A DNA stretch of 64,000 nt from Candidatus Amarolinea dominans (GCA_016719785.1 JADJYJ010000010.1:1-64000), one strand, 5' to 3'; shown: positions 1 to 12,610, counted from the first letter of the stretch. Notes: generated by a model from the letters alone, not told the origin. A program made the numbers and translations.

Positions 1-18
1 GAATGAAATGAGACAACC

Positions 19-1529
19 ATGAACTGGAAACAGGTTTTGCAGCAGGCTATGGCAGTGACCCTGGTGATGTTGTTCTTGGCTGGATGTGGAAGCGCCATAC
101 CCACTTCGGTCGTCGAAGCTCCGGCTCAAACACCAGAGCCGCCAGCGCCGACCCCACCACCCGCTCCGCCAACACCTGGCTCTGGACCAAAGTCCGGGGC
201 GTCTGGCCTCGGCGACTCCTTGTATCCCGGCTTCGGTAATGGCGGCTATGATGTCCAGCATTATCGCCTTGACTTGACCGTCAGTGATGTTGGCGCCAGT
301 ACCCTAAACGGCGTTGCTACCATCGAAGCAAAGGCGACACAAGATCTGAGCGCTTTCAACCTGGACTTCATCGGTTTCACCATCGCGGGCATCACCGTGG
401 ATGGTCAGCCAGCCGAGTTCAGCCGCAGCGGGCAAGAACTGACGATCACGCCGGCAACGCCACTTGACGCAAACGAGCTCTTCACGGTCGAGGTAACCTA
501 CCACGGCGCACCTGAAGCGATTGAATCGGTTGCGATCCCTGTGCCGACCGGCTGGGTGAATTTTGGCCGGGGAAGCTTCGTGTTGAGCGAACCCGACGGC
601 GCTGCCAATTACTACCCGGTGAACGACCATCCCCTGGACAAAGCGACCTACACCTTCCGCGTCACCGTGCCCAAACCCTTCGCGGTTGCGGCGAATGGAG
701 TGCTGGCTGACACGATTGATCACGGCGATTCCACCACCTTTGTGGGAAGCCCGTGATCCGATACCAAGTTATCTGACCACGGTGAACATCAGCGAGTTCG
801 AAGTCGAAACCGAGGAAGGCCCGAATGGGATACCAATTCGCAACTACTATGCGGTGGGATTGGACGCAGCGATACGCGCACCTTTCGCCCGCCAGGCGGA
901 GATGCTCGCCTTCTTTGGCGAAATTTTCGGCCCGTACCCCTTCGAGGTGTATGGTTCGGTGGTGATGAATACGGAGGTTGGTACCGCCCTGGAAGCGCAG
1001 ACGATGGCGATCTTCGGCGTTGACATAATCAATCTTGAGGACATCTCGTCCGCTGAGCGGATCATCGCTCACGAAGTCGCGCATCAATGGATTGGAAACA
1101 GCGTCAGTCTGGCGGATTGGAGCGACATCTGGCTGAATGAAAGCTTTGCGGCTTATGCGGAGGGGCTGTGGGTTGAACACACAGGGAAGCGAAGCTCTTG
1201 ATGCGTGGGTCAGAGACCGATACGAGCATGTCGTTGAGTCCCGCGAGAAGATGACCCCGCCGGGCAAACCCGCGGCTGACAGCCTGTTCAACGGCGGGGT
1301 GTACGCCTGGGGGGCGCTGGGACTGCACGCGCTGCGGATCGAGGTCGGCGATGAGGCCTTCTTCGCTATTCTGAGAACCTATTTTGACCGCTTCGAGGGT
1401 GGCAATGTCAGGACTGCCGATTTTATCGCCGTGGCGGAAGAGGTCAGCGGACAGGAATTAGGGGCGTTCTTCGATAGCTGGTTGTATAGCGAGGAAATTG
1501 CTCCTATGCCTGCGTTGGGGCTGAAGTAG
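19..1529 (+). pseudogene. M1 family zinc metallopeptidase (aminopeptidase N-like) lipoprotein, split into three frames by two +1 frameshifts
   Basis: ORFs 19-756, 686-1201 and 1137-1529 are consecutive pieces of one protein. Piece 1 has the lipobox LFLAGCGS. Piece 2 has the gluzincin HEVAHQW motif and the downstream NESFAAY Glu. Each piece picks up where the previous one ends in the next frame. Confidence 0.8.
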
Positions 1530-1571
1530 GTACACCACTGATCAAGGCGGTATAACCTCTCAAGTCGCATC

Positions 1572-2512
1572 TCAATTGCTTCGATACGCGGCCACGCGAT
1601 CCTGACGCCGCGCCAATTCGCTCGTGTAGCGCCGGCCCAAGGTGTCAGCATGGGTCGCGATCCACGCGCTGAGCGCGGTTGCGCCGGCCGGTTGGGCATC
1701 CACATAGAGTAGATTCGCCATCAGTCCGGCGATCTCCTCGTGCGTGATGGTCACATCGCCGACCAGCGCGCCAACCGCACGACCGACCCAGTAGCCCACG
1801 GCCGGCGGCATGCCGATCACCGGCCGCCGTGCGCCGATCAAGCGGCCGATGGTCCCCACCATCTCCCGGTAGGTGAACGTTTCGGGGCCGATGGCGTTAA
1901 TGATCGCGTTCTCCCGCGCCGCGCCCTGCACCACGGCCAGGGCAGCCAGGTCATCCACGTAGATCGGTTGCAGCTTGTAGGCGCCGTCGCCGAAGACGCC
2001 GAAGATGGGCAGGCGGCGCAGCAGCCAGGCGATGTTGTTGATAAGGATGTCCTCCTTACCGAAAAGCACCGTGGGCCGCAGGATGGCATACGACAGACCT
2101 GACTCGATCAGCGCCCGCTCCAGCCGGGCCTTGCCGCTGAAGTACTCCAGCGGCGAGTCCTCCGAGGGGTTGGTGATGCTCACATGCACGATCCGCGCCA
2201 CGCCGGCGCGTTTGGCCGCCTCGAAGAGCACGAGTGTATTGCGCACTGCGTCCGCGTGGCGAAAGAGCGGGTGGTTGAAACGTACCCAATAGGTGTTGTA
2301 GAGCACCTCGACCCCCTGCAGCGAGCGCGCCAGCTCGTCAGGCCGGTCGAAGTGGAACGGGTAAATCCGCAGCCGGCCTCCGAACGCGTTGGCGGTCGGT
2401 CGAGTTGGTGAGAGTGATCGTCGGCTGGCCCTGGGCAAGCAGACGTTGCGCAATGCTGCTTGCCGGAATAGCCGAACACGCCGGTGACGGCGTGGATGCG
2501 AGCTTCTGTCAT
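1572..2512 (-). pseudogene. NmrA-like / NAD(P)-dependent epimerase-dehydratase (atypical SDR), frameshifted near the N-terminus
   Basis: ORF 1572-2453 matches the SDR body (VHVSITNP, YxxxK-like region). ORF 2180-2512 starts MTEARIHAVTGVFGYSGKQ, which is the Rossmann GxxGxxG N-terminus, and then goes out of frame after about 20 codons. Confidence 0.7.
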
Positions 2513-4077
2513 TGATTCCTCTGACTTTGTTCAGCCGCCGGTTCTGACTTCCAGTCGCCTATGGCGCGTTTTTCCTTGTCGAAGGCAATGCCGATCAGCA
2601 CCACCGGTTTGCCGCTGGCGCGGTAGGGCTGATCGTAACCGCGCGCCCGAATCTGATCGAGCGCAACCTGCGCGCTGGTCATCTTGAATTCGATGATGTA
2701 GATTCTGTTGGGCAGTTCCAGCACCGCGTCTATACGGCCATGCGCCATGACCTCTTCGGCGTTCACCTCGAAGCCAAGTACGCTGAGGATCAGATAGACC
2801 AGTGAATGGTAGTAGGCTTCCAGCGGAAGATGAATGGTGTGAGGAATGCTGGCAAAGACCGAATTGAGGATCAGCACAAATTCGGCGATGGAATCCCGGC
2901 GCAGCGCCTTCTGCAGCCTGCCTGTCAAGGAAGATGGAAGGGCGCCTACCCGTGGCCCCAGATAATCCGCCAGCAAGTATTGCCTGAAAGCCTGTGCCAC
3001 TTCGTGATTGGGGTAGCCAAGCCGGTATTCGGTGCCAGCGACAGAGGGCAGTCTCTCTCGAATGGTGAGATAGCCGGTCTGAAATAGCAGGGAGACCGCA
3101 TCTATGTGATTCACGTCGGCCGAATCGAGCAACCGGTTGTCGGCATAGATTTCGTCCAGTTCATAGGCGGCCACCTGGTTGCTGCGCAGGAGTTTGATCA
3201 AGAAACTGGGCGTGGCGGTGGCGAACCAGTGATTCTCGAAGCTCTGCAGTTCGAAGAAGACCAGCGTGGAGAAGGGCACATAGAGCGTCTGCTTGCCATC
3301 CCAGGAAAAGCCGTTGTACCAGAAGCGGATGGCCTCCACCATCTCCGCCCGGCTGACGGCGAAGCGTGCGGCCAGGGCTTCGATGCGGTCGGGGAAGTAG
3401 CGCTCCAGTTCCTCCTGCGTATAGCCGACCAGGGTGGCAAAACGCTCGTCCAGGGTGATGTCGAGCAGGTTGTTCAGATCGGAAAAGAGCGACAGCTTGC
3501 CGTACTTGGAGATACCGGTCAGGAAAGTCCAGTGGATATGGTTGGCCGCGGTGGTCTTCAGCACCGAATAGAAATTTTTCAGGGTGGCGATATGCTCGGC
3601 CACCTTCTGCTCGTTCTCCAACAGGTCGGTGATAGCCCGGTCGTATTCGTCAATGAGCAGAACGATTTTTTGCTCGGCTGACAGGCAGACGATCAGTTCC
3701 TGGAATTTATCTTTGTAGTGTTCAGCCTGCAGTTGAACCTGATGCTCGGCGGCCAGGCGATCCAGGTGATTGGTCAGCGCTCGCTCCAACGGCTGTTCGT
3801 GATAGTCCAGATCGTTGAAGTTGATCACCAGCACCGGGCGCGGCCGCCAGTCAACCTTGTCTTCGATCCAAAGCCCGCGGAAAAGCTCACGATGTCCCTG
3901 GAAGAGATGCTGCAGCGTGGAGACCAGCAGCGACTTGCCAAAACGTCGCGGCCGCGATAAGAAGACGAAGGTTCCTGTGTTGATCAGCCGGTAGATCTGC
4001 TCGGTCTTGTCAACGTAGAGGAAATTGCCTTCGCGCAGCGAGTCGAAGAACTGGATACCGATCGGCAGCTTTTGCAT
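2509..4077 (-). CDS. Predicted AAA-ATPase (PF09820-like) with C-terminal PD-(D/E)XK nuclease domain (PF08011-like)
   Basis: N-terminus MQKLPIGIQFFDSLREGNFLYVDKTE and the FGKSLL Walker-like motif are typical of this family. The C-terminal RIDAVLELPNRIYIIEFK is the PD-(D/E)XK core. Start taken at the internal Met. Stop overlaps the epimerase start in an ATGA arrangement. Confidence 0.75.
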   Translation of the reverse strand: MQKLPIGIQFFDSLREGNFLYVDKTEQIYRLINTGTFVFLSRPRRFGKSLLVSTLQHLFQGHRELFRGLWIEDKVDWRPRPVLVINFNDLDYHEQPLERALTNHLDRLAAEHQVQLQAEHYKDKFQELIVCLSAEQKIVLLIDEYDRAITDLLENEQKVAEHIATLKNFYSVLKTTAANHIHWTFLTGISKYGKLSLFSDLNNLLDITLDERFATLVGYTQEELERYFPDRIEALAARFAVSRAEMVEAIRFWYNGFSWDGKQTLYVPFSTLVFFELQSFENHWFATATPSFLIKLLRSNQVAAYELDEIYADNRLLDSADVNHIDAVSLLFQTGYLTIRERLPSVAGTEYRLGYPNHEVAQAFRQYLLADYLGPRVGALPSSLTGRLQKALRRDSIAEFVLILNSVFASIPHTIHLPLEAYYHSLVYLILSVLGFEVNAEEVMAHGRIDAVLELPNRIYIIEFKMTSAQVALDQIRARGYDQPYRASGKPVVLIGIAFDKEKRAIGDWKSEPAAEQSQRNQ

Positions 4078-4230
4078 GGCGGTATTGTAGCACAATTGCG
4101 TCAGAAGTTGGAAATCACCCTCACGATCGGGGTTGATTCGCATCGTTATGATCTGTATCGTGCGGGTATTCCATCCACAGAAAACAGGTCATCAAGCAGG
4201 CAACCGCACTGACTGCCGCCGCCGAGTGAA

Positions 4231-7200
4231 TTAGGGTCGCCCGGCGCTCGCCACCGACGCCGGCCACCAGGACGGCGTCGGAATGGCCCCGCGGCCCGCC
4301 AGCCCGCTGTGGTTGATGGTCACCAGGCGGTCGCCCTGCGAGGCGCCGACGTTGTACGGCGTCGCATTCGGGTCCGGGCCTTGCCCCACTTCAACCCACC
4401 ACATGTAGACTTCGCCTGACGGCCAGCCGGCGGGAATGCCCGTCAGGTTGACGCAAGCCACGTTGCCCAGGAAGGCCGTCGTGGCGGTTTCGCCGGTCAG
4501 CCAGTTGTAGAGCGCCAGCCGGTAGGTGTCGGTGGCTACGCCGCGCGGGGTCCAGCAGAACTGCGCCGGCAGCGTGATCTCGGCCCCATCCTCTGGCGAG
4601 ACCAGTGCGACATCGGCCACGTCGAAGTCTCCGCCCCAGGCCGTCGCGCCTGCGGTGTAGGCGGCCAGCCGGTTGCCCCACCAGCTCCACAGATACCCCT
4701 CGCCAGGGTTGGGGTCGTCGGGGGTGTTCAGATAGCGCACCGCGTAGAACTCGTCCGCGGTCAGCGCCGGCGCGCCGACGAAGAGATAATTGCCGTTTGC
4801 GGCCGTTATCGTCGCGGCCTGTGTGCTCCAATCATCGCCGTTCCAGCGCCGGAGGTCCAGCCGTAAACCGCCCGCGGCCGCGCCGTGCGAGGTGACCCGA
4901 CCGTAGATGCCATTGGCAGACGCTGTGGCTGTGGGGGTAGCGGTGGGCGTGCGCGTACGCGTGGCGGTCGGTGTGTTGGTCGGCGTGCCCGCGGACGCGG
5001 TGGGCGTGCGCGTGGGCGTGACGGTCGGCGTGCGGGTGCGCGTGGCGGTCGGTGTGCTGGTCGGCGTGCCTGCGGACGCGGTGGGCGTGGCGGTCGGTGT
5101 GCCTGCGGACGCGGTGGGCGTGCGCGTCGGGGTACGCGTCGCGGTCGGTGTGCGCGTGGGCGTGCTGGAAGCGGCGGCGGTCGGCGTGACGGTCGCGGTG
5201 GCCGCGCCAGAACGGCAGCCGAAGTCCTGCGCCCAGTAATGTTTGTAAGTGCTTGCTGCGTTGTAGCCGTAGCCGACGCCAATCTCGCAGACCAGGGGAT
5301 TGAGGAGATTGGCGCGATGGGGCGGGCTGTTCAGCCAGGCATTCACCACTGCTTCGGCTGAGTCCTGCCCCCAGGCGATATTCTCAGCAATCGTGTAGTG
5401 CGGCGAGTAACCGAAGCCGACCAATCTCGTGGTCATGTCACGGCCCAGGCGATCAATGTGGTTGGCGCTGATGTAGTTATACGCCGCCATGTCCCCGGCG
5501 AACCAGGCGGACGCATTGCCCAGGTTGGTCTGTGTTTGCAGCGGCGGCAGGCCGTTTTGGCTGCGCGCGGCGTTACTCAGCTCGATGACCCGGCGCACAA
5601 AATCGTTGCTGGTCGTGGTTGGCGTGGCCGTGGGAGTGCGCGTGGGCGTTGGCGTGGGGCCGCCCCCGCCCGCACGCCGCAACAGCGGCAGATACAGGCG
5701 TGGCGACTGCATCCGGAACCGGGCCGCCTGGAAGCTGGTCTGCTGGTCGAAGCTCACGCGGACGCCGAAGGTGTACTCGCCTTCCGGCGAGGTGGGCAGT
5801 CGCCCTTCCAGTGTCAGCGTGTTGGCGCCGGGCGCCAGCGTGCGCGTGCCGCTCTCGGAGAGCGCCGGGATCGCCTGGCGCGCGCATCCACCAGGATCAG
5901 GCTGTAGGTCGCGGTCACATCCTGCCCCACGCGGCCGGCGCTGCTGGCGGTATTGCTGATCACCGCGCGCAGACGGATGGACGCGCCGGGCGTCAGTGCA
6001 ACCGCTGGATTGCCCGCGCCGTCCGTCACCTCGACCGCGGCCATCTGCACAGGCGAGCAGGCGCGCGGGGTCAGGCCGATGTCCAGGTCCGTCACCGGCG
6101 GCGGTACGGTCACGGTGCGGCTCTGCGCGTCGGCGAAGCAGGGCTTGGCGGCCAGCACGTAGAAGCTGCCCGCTGACGTCTGCCAGCCGTAGCGACCGTC
6201 GCTGTTCGTGGCCTGCGGGTTGAGCTGCCCGGAAAGGGCCGGGTTCCAGATCGCGTCGCCCGTGACCGGGTCGCGCTGGTAGAGCGTCACCACCGCGCCT
6301 GGCAAGGGGGCGCTCGTGCTGGCATCGAAGACCTTGCCGGCCGGATCAATGCAGGCCAGCCGGCCGCTCAGCACAGTCTCGGTCATGGTGACGCCATCGG
6401 ACCAGACGACCCGCTTGGTCACGACGACGCCCAGGGCCGTGTTGGGGATGCTCGCCGCGCCGCGGTAGAGTCCGCCGCCGGAAAAATTGGACACACGGGT
6501 CATGACGCCCAGCAGGTTGCCCTGGCTGTCCACCAGGGTGACGCTGCTCGGCGGGTCGCCGTAGATCGGCTCCTCGACTGTGATGCTTGCGTGTGGTACA
6601 CATGAGACCACGAAGGGATAGTTGGCTGAAGTCACCCCGCGCCAGGTGTAGGGGCCGTAGGTGACGGTGGCCGCGCCCAGCCCGCGGCTGACATCCGACC
6701 GCACGGTGAATCCCTGGGCGAGTACGCCTGCCCGGCCGTTGGGATTGGTCACGGTTACATCGCGCGCCTGGCGCCAGGCCCGCGACCAGCGTTCCGCGCA
6801 CGCGCGCGCGGAAGGGCGGCGCTGTCTCGTCGGGCAAGTGCTGAAGGCCCTGCACGATGCTCGACCCCACCGCCGCCTGCAAGCCGGGCTGGAAGAAGTA
6901 GCCCAGGATGGTGACTTCGACGTTGATGCCCGCGCTGGCTGACGCCGGTTCGATGGCATCTACGATCGGGGTCGCGCCGTCGAAACAGCGCGAGAACTCC
7001 GAGGTGTTGCCGTTGGGGTCCGTGGCGGTGGCCGTCATCTGGTCACCGGCCGGCACCGCATTGACGAAGGTGGCCGAGAACGCGGCATTGCCCGAGGCGT
7101 TGGTGGTGGCCGTAGTTGCGCCCAGGAACGTCCCACCCTCGCCGTAACCCGAAGGATCGCAGGTGGGGCTGGCGAAGAATTCCAGCCGATAGCTCTGCGA

Positions 7201-10200
7201 GGGCTGGCTGTTGATGGAGCCGGTCAGGGTCTTGCGGTTGGCGGAGAGGGTCAGCAGCAGCGGGAAGTTCTGCAGGCGGTTGGGGCCATCGTCCGCGTCA
7301 CCGCTGTCGTTGGCCGTCGCCCCGGCCGGCGCCAGGTCGAGGCCCAGGCTGTCGTTGGCGAAGATGCTGTTGACCGCGAAGGTGTTGGTCCGGCCAGAAT
7401 CGGCGAAGACGCCCGCCCCGGCGTTATGGGCGATGACATTGCCTTCGCCCGCTCCCGCGCCGCCGATGTCGTTCTCACTCGCGCCCAGGGTGAAGAAAAC
7501 GCCATGACCATCATTCCCCAGCGCGCTCGTTCCGTCCGCTGCGGCGCCGATGAAATTGCCTTGCACGGTATTTGTGGTTGCGCCCGGCCGCGTCAGTTGG
7601 ATGCCGTCCTCGCCGTTGCCGGAGATGACGTTGCCCGGCTGAGGGCCTGCGCCGCTGCGCGGCCCGCCGATGGTGTTGCCACTGGCGCTGTCAACGGCCA
7701 CGCCCGCACGGGTGTTGCCCAAACTGGCCGCGCCCACCGCGTCCGGGCCGATCAGGTTGCCCAGCACTTTGTTGCCACTGGCGGCCGTGCCATAGATGCC
7801 CACGCCGTTGCCGCTGTTGCCAGAGATGACATTGCCGGGCAGCGCGCCCGCCGGCGCCGCTGCTCCGCCGATGATGTTACCCGGCGCACCCTGCACGACG
7901 ACGCCATCACTCCCGTTGCTCAGAGCGACCGTGCCCGCCGCGTTCACGCCGATGGAATTGCCCAGCACCTTGTTGCCGCTGGCGCCCGCGCCTTCGATCT
8001 TCACACCCGCCTGGCCGTTGGCTGCAATCACGTTGCGCGGCGAGGCGATGCCGACCAACGTTTCGCCGCCGATGGTGTTGCCCGGCGCGCCTTGAAGATA
8101 GACGCCGTTCAGGCCGTTGCCCAGGGCCCGTGTGCCCGTCGCGTCCGTGCCAACCAGGTTGCCCCGCACGACATTGCCCATGGCATTGGGGCCGGCAATC
8201 GCAATGCCGTGCCCTTGCGCGCCGATCAGCCCGTTGCCGGAGATGGTGTTGCCCGGCGCCGACCCCATCACGGTCGTCTCCCGCCAATCGAATTGCGCGG
8301 CGCGTCGAAGATCTTCACGCCATTGGCCCCATTGCCCAGCACCCGCGCCCCGGTTCGATTCGGCCCGATGATGTTGCCCTGCACCCGGTTTTCCGCGGCG
8401 CCGCTCTGGATGGCGACGCCGTCGAGCATGTTGCCCGAAATGATGTTCTCGACGTCGAACCCCGTTCCGCCGATCTGATTGGTGTTCGTTCCCGCGTCCG
8501 TCAGCAGCACGCCGCTGAGCAGATTGGGCAGCGCGTTCTCACCGGCCAGGTCCGTGCCGATCAGGTTGCCCTGCACCGAGCTGTTGGCGGCGGCCAACGA
8601 GATGAGCACACCCACCCCGTGGCCTTCAGCGCCGTCGCCGTTGCCGGAGATCAGATTGCCCGCGAGCGCGGCCGGCGGGTTGTTCGACCCGCCGACGGTG
8701 TTGCCGGGCGCACCGGTGATCTCGACGCCGTGAAAGCCGTTGGGCAGCCGTCTGGCGCCGGTCGCGTCCGCGCCGATGATGTTCCCCAACAGCCTGTTGC
8801 GCGTGGCGCCGCCCGCCAGAATCACGCCGTCCTGCACGTTGCCGGAGATCAGATTGCCGGGCGCCGCGCCGCGGGTTGCCGTAGCCCCGCCAACCGTGTT
8901 GTCGTTCGCCGCGTTGATCTGCACCCCGCTGAGTCCGTTGCCCCTGGCCGTCGCGCCGGCCGCATCCGTGCCGATACGATTGCCGGCCACGGTATTTTGG
9001 GTGGCGCCGTTCTGCAGGCTGATGCCGTATTGGCCGTTCCCGGAAAGCACATTGCCTTCTCCGACGCCCGGCCCGCCGATGGTGTTCGTATTTGCCGCGT
9101 CCACGACCACGCCGCTCTGGCCGTTGCCCAATGCCGTCGTCCCGCTCGCGTCCATGCCAATCCTGTTGCCCTGCACCTTGTTGCGCGCTGCAGCCTCCGC
9201 CAGACGCACGCCGTCCTGACTGTTGGCCGCGATGATGTTGCCCTGGAACGCGGCCGACCCGCCGATGAGATTGAGATCGCTGCCCGCGCTGTAAACTGCC
9301 ACGCCGTGGCGTCCGTTGCCCAGTCGGGCGTTGGCGGTATTGACGCCGATGGCGTTGCCGTAAATGATGTTCTCTGCCGCGCCGTTCTGGATCGTCACGC
9401 CATCCAGCCCGTTGCCGACGATGATGTTGCCCCCATCAACCGCAACCCGCCCCACCTGGTTGGTGCGCGTGCCCGCGCCGTCCAAAATCACGCCGCTGAG
9501 CCGGTTGGGCCGCGCCAGCGTGGCGGTGGCGTCCGCGCCGATGACGTTGCCTTCGATTTTGTTCAGCGTCGAGCCGGCGCTGACGAACACGCCCACGCCG
9601 TTGCCCTGGCTGCCATCGCCGTTGCCCGCGATGACGTTGCCGGGCGCGCTGCCGGCGGGGTTGGCCGGCGCGCCGATGAAGTTGCTGGACGCGTTCTCGA
9701 GCGAGACGCCGTGCTGGCCGTTGCGCACCACCGTCGTGCCATCCGCGGCCAGGCCGATGAAGTTGCCGTAGATGCGGTTGCTGACCGCGCGATCGCTCAG
9801 CAGCACACCGCTGCGACCGTTGCCCGCAATCACGTTGCGCGACTCGCGATCCTCGCCGCCGACCAGGTTGGAGGCTGTGTCGGAACCAACCAGCGCGACG
9901 CCCGCGTTGCGGTTGCCCAGGTTGGCGCTCCCCGCGCTGTTCGTGCCAATCAGGTTGCCCTTGATTTCGACGCCGGTCGTGGTCCCGTGTAGAACAATGC
10001 CGACCCCACTGCCGGCCGCGGCGCTGCCGTTGGCCGCAATCACGTTGCCGGGCGGCGCCCGGCGTGGCGCTGCGCCCGCCGATGAAGTTGACGCCAGCGT
10101 CCGCCACCTCGATGCCGTGCAAATAGTTGCCCAGCGCTCCCCCGGCGCCGGTCAGGCCGATGAAGTTGCCCTGGACACGATTATCTCTGGCGCCGTTGCC

Positions 10201-11835
10201 GATCCACACGCCATCCAACTTGTTGCCGGAGATGACGTTGCCTTCGGCCGCGGTCGTCCCGCCGATCGTGTTTTCCCTGGCGCCGTTGATCTCGACCCCA
10301 TGGCCGGCGTTGCCCGGATCAGGGTGGGCGAACGGCACGGCGCCGATCAGGTTGCCGAGCACGTGATTGCCCGCCGATGTGCCCGAAATATGCACGCCGC
10401 TGCCGGCGTTGCCCGCGATCACGTTCTCCGCGCCGTCGGCCGTGCCGCCAACCTGGTTGTCGAAGCTATTCGCGATGGCGATGCCGGCGCTGCCGTTGCC
10501 CAGAAGCCCTGCGCCCCATTGCAGCCCAACTCTATTGCCCTGGATGCGGTTCCCGTTGGCGCCGGCATACAGATAGATGCCAACGTTCCCGTTGCCGGAG
10601 ACCACGTTGCCTTCCTCCTCCGTATCGCCGCCGATGTCGTTGCCGTTGGCGCCCTGGAACACGATGCCGTAGCTCGTGTTCGGCAGGGCGGCGAGGCCCG
10701 AGCTCGTCAAGCCGATCCCGTTGTTCTGAATAGAGACGCCCGCGGTCCCGTTGTAGAGCAAAACGCCATTGGTGTTGCCGGAGATCAGGTTTCCCTGTCC
10801 CTCCGCGGCCCCCCCTACGTAGTTCTCATTCGCGGCTTGAATGCTGACCCCCGCGCCAGGGCTGTTGCCTAGCGCCTGGTCGCCCGTCTTGTTCGTCCCC
10901 ACGTAGTTGCCATAGATCCGGTTGCCGGTCGTCGCGCCGTTGATGAACACGCCGGTATGGTTGGCGCTGATGACATTCCCCTCTACGCGGTTGTTGGGGG
11001 AGCCGCGAATCTCGATGCCCGAAAGCGCGTTGCCCTTCGCTTGCGTGCCGCTCAGACCAACGCCGATATAGTTGCCGGTAATGATGCTGCCGCCGCCGTC
11101 CAGAATGAAGATTCCAACCTGGAAGCGGTTGATCGCCAGCCCCTTCACCGTGGTGGAACCTGCCCGGATCTCAAGCCCATTGGCCTGGTAGGACGGGGTG
11201 CCGTCCAGCTCGATGACCGGGGCGCCGTTCCAGCCGGGCTGCGTGGTCGCGTCAATGGTCACCGGATCGGTGATGACCGGCAGCCCCGGCCCCTGCATGA
11301 AAATCGTGTGCGGCCCAGGCGGATCAATGGCAAAGGTGATGTCGTCGTGGCCGGGGTTGGCGTTGGCAAGATAAATGGCGGCGTAGAGCGAGTCTGGCCC
11401 GTCGGGGTTGGCGTTGCGCACGATGTAGCCCTGGGGCGCGGCAGATTGGGCGGCCGCTGGCTGCGTTGATTGAAGCGCCGAGAGCAGGCGCGCGGTCGCG
11501 GGAATGCCGCCAACGACCGTCGCGGCCCGAACGCCATCGGCCCAGGTTGAGGCGTAGGCGAGGGGCGCCGACGAGGAGACGACAACCGCGCCGGGCGCGG
11601 TCTTCTTCGACGCCGGCGCTGAAGCGCCGCGGACGACGAAGGTCGTCTGCAGGCCAGCGGGAGCCGGGATGGGTGCGGTTCGACGCGGCCCTTCCGCCGC
11701 AGACTGCGAACCTGCGGTGAATGTCAACATGAGGGAGATCGCCAGAGTAAAGGCAATGTGCCCGGCGCGGGCAGCCAGGCGCAGCAAGGTGTATCGCAGC
11801 GGCATGTATCTTATCATCGTGTTCATGATCACCAT
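4231..11835 (-). pseudogene. Giant (~2,500 aa) secreted parallel beta-helix (PbH1) repeat protein with Cna-B/CarboxypepD_reg-like domain, PT-rich linkers and a C-terminal CAP/SCP/PR-1 domain; split by about 4 frameshifts
   Basis: Five ORFs (9436-11835, 8268-10043, 6346-8271, 5814-6959, 4231-5757) continue one another across frame changes. The N-terminal signal peptide is followed by hundreds of GNxIGxxxxG.../NxIGG beta-helix turns. The CAP domain shows ...[13 protein letters not shown]... and ...YWAQDFG. TPT(A/R)TPT linkers separate the domains. Confidence 0.8.
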
Positions 11836-12150
11836 CTTTCCCAGGGCTTATGCTACACTCACTGCACAATCCGCCGTCGGTAGTTGCCGCGTATTTTGGA
11901 GTTGTTTGACAGAGCGATGAAGAAATCTGACTGCCTCATGGCGGCAGGCGGAAAGGAGCATTCTGTGTGAGAGATAATTTACGGACTTGTATAGCACTAA
12001 TACCGAATTAAGTCAAGTCGGGTTGGAGATGGACAGCAACCCCAAATGTGGGTTTTAGGCAGAATCGGCGCGGTTCGAGTGACTCCCACGATCCGGACCG
12101 GTGCAAGAAGGAGGAAAAGATGAAACACTCGCGCTCGAAGGCGATACACC

Positions 12151-12366
12151 ATGGATAACGAGAGACGAGCGACGATCAGAGAGCGATTAGCCCTGGTCAG
12201 CGACCAGTTGACAACGGGTGACAGCGCGCTGGCTGTCGTCTTGAGCGAGGCGCGCTTGCAGGCGGGGTTGGCGGCCTACGAACGCGCTCGAGCCGATGGC
12301 CTGTGCCATGAAGGCGCCTGGGAATGCGCGCTGGAGGCCATGCAGGCTCCTGCCGCTGAGACCTGA
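12151..12366 (+). CDS. Small hypothetical helical protein, 71 aa or longer; true start possibly the ATG at 12120 after an AGGAGG
   Basis: ORF in the AT-rich leader upstream of the recombinase. A strong RBS, aaggagg, precedes the ATG at 12120 in another frame (MKHSRSKAIHHG*), so a frameshifted 83-aa protein is possible. Confidence 0.3.
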   Translation: MDNERRATIRERLALVSDQLTTGDSALAVVLSEARLQAGLAAYERARADGLCHEGAWECALEAMQAPAAET

Positions 12367-12610
12367 GTATGCGTGCCGCCGTAACTGCTCAGCCAGGCAG
12401 TGAGAATGGTCTCGATAGCGCCCTTCGCGTCCTTGCGACTTGGCGTTATGGTTACAAACGACAAGAAGGTGGTGAAGAGAAGGGACTTGCACTTTGACAA
12501 TCGAATAGAACTTCCTATCTGTTTCGGGCGCAAGCGAGAACGCTGAAGTTACGGTGGCTGAAATGTGCTATCCTGAATAAAGTCATGAGGCGAAATTCAG
12601 GAGGCAGCCA

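Noticed and set aside
2509-4143. Longer 544-aa version of the AAA-ATPase starting at 4143
   Set aside because: Family members begin MxKLPIGIQ. The first 22 codons (MRINPDREGDF...) look like a spurious upstream extension.
4885-5361. Arg/Gly-rich ORFs opposite the PT linker of the CAP-domain protein
   Set aside because: They are reverse-frame readings of the ACN/CCN-rich PT-linker DNA.
7426-9992. Long plus-strand ORFs (350 and 620 aa) opposite the beta-helix gene
   Set aside because: They are antisense translations of the GC-rich repetitive beta-helix coding sequence. They have Arg/Ala/Val-rich low-complexity composition and no start context.
12040-12110. Possible tRNA (GGTTCGAGT T-loop-like string) near the recombinase, as a candidate integration target
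   Set aside because: No acceptor-stem complementarity, no CCA-proximal structure and no D-arm or anticodon arm could be built. It is treated as chance similarity.
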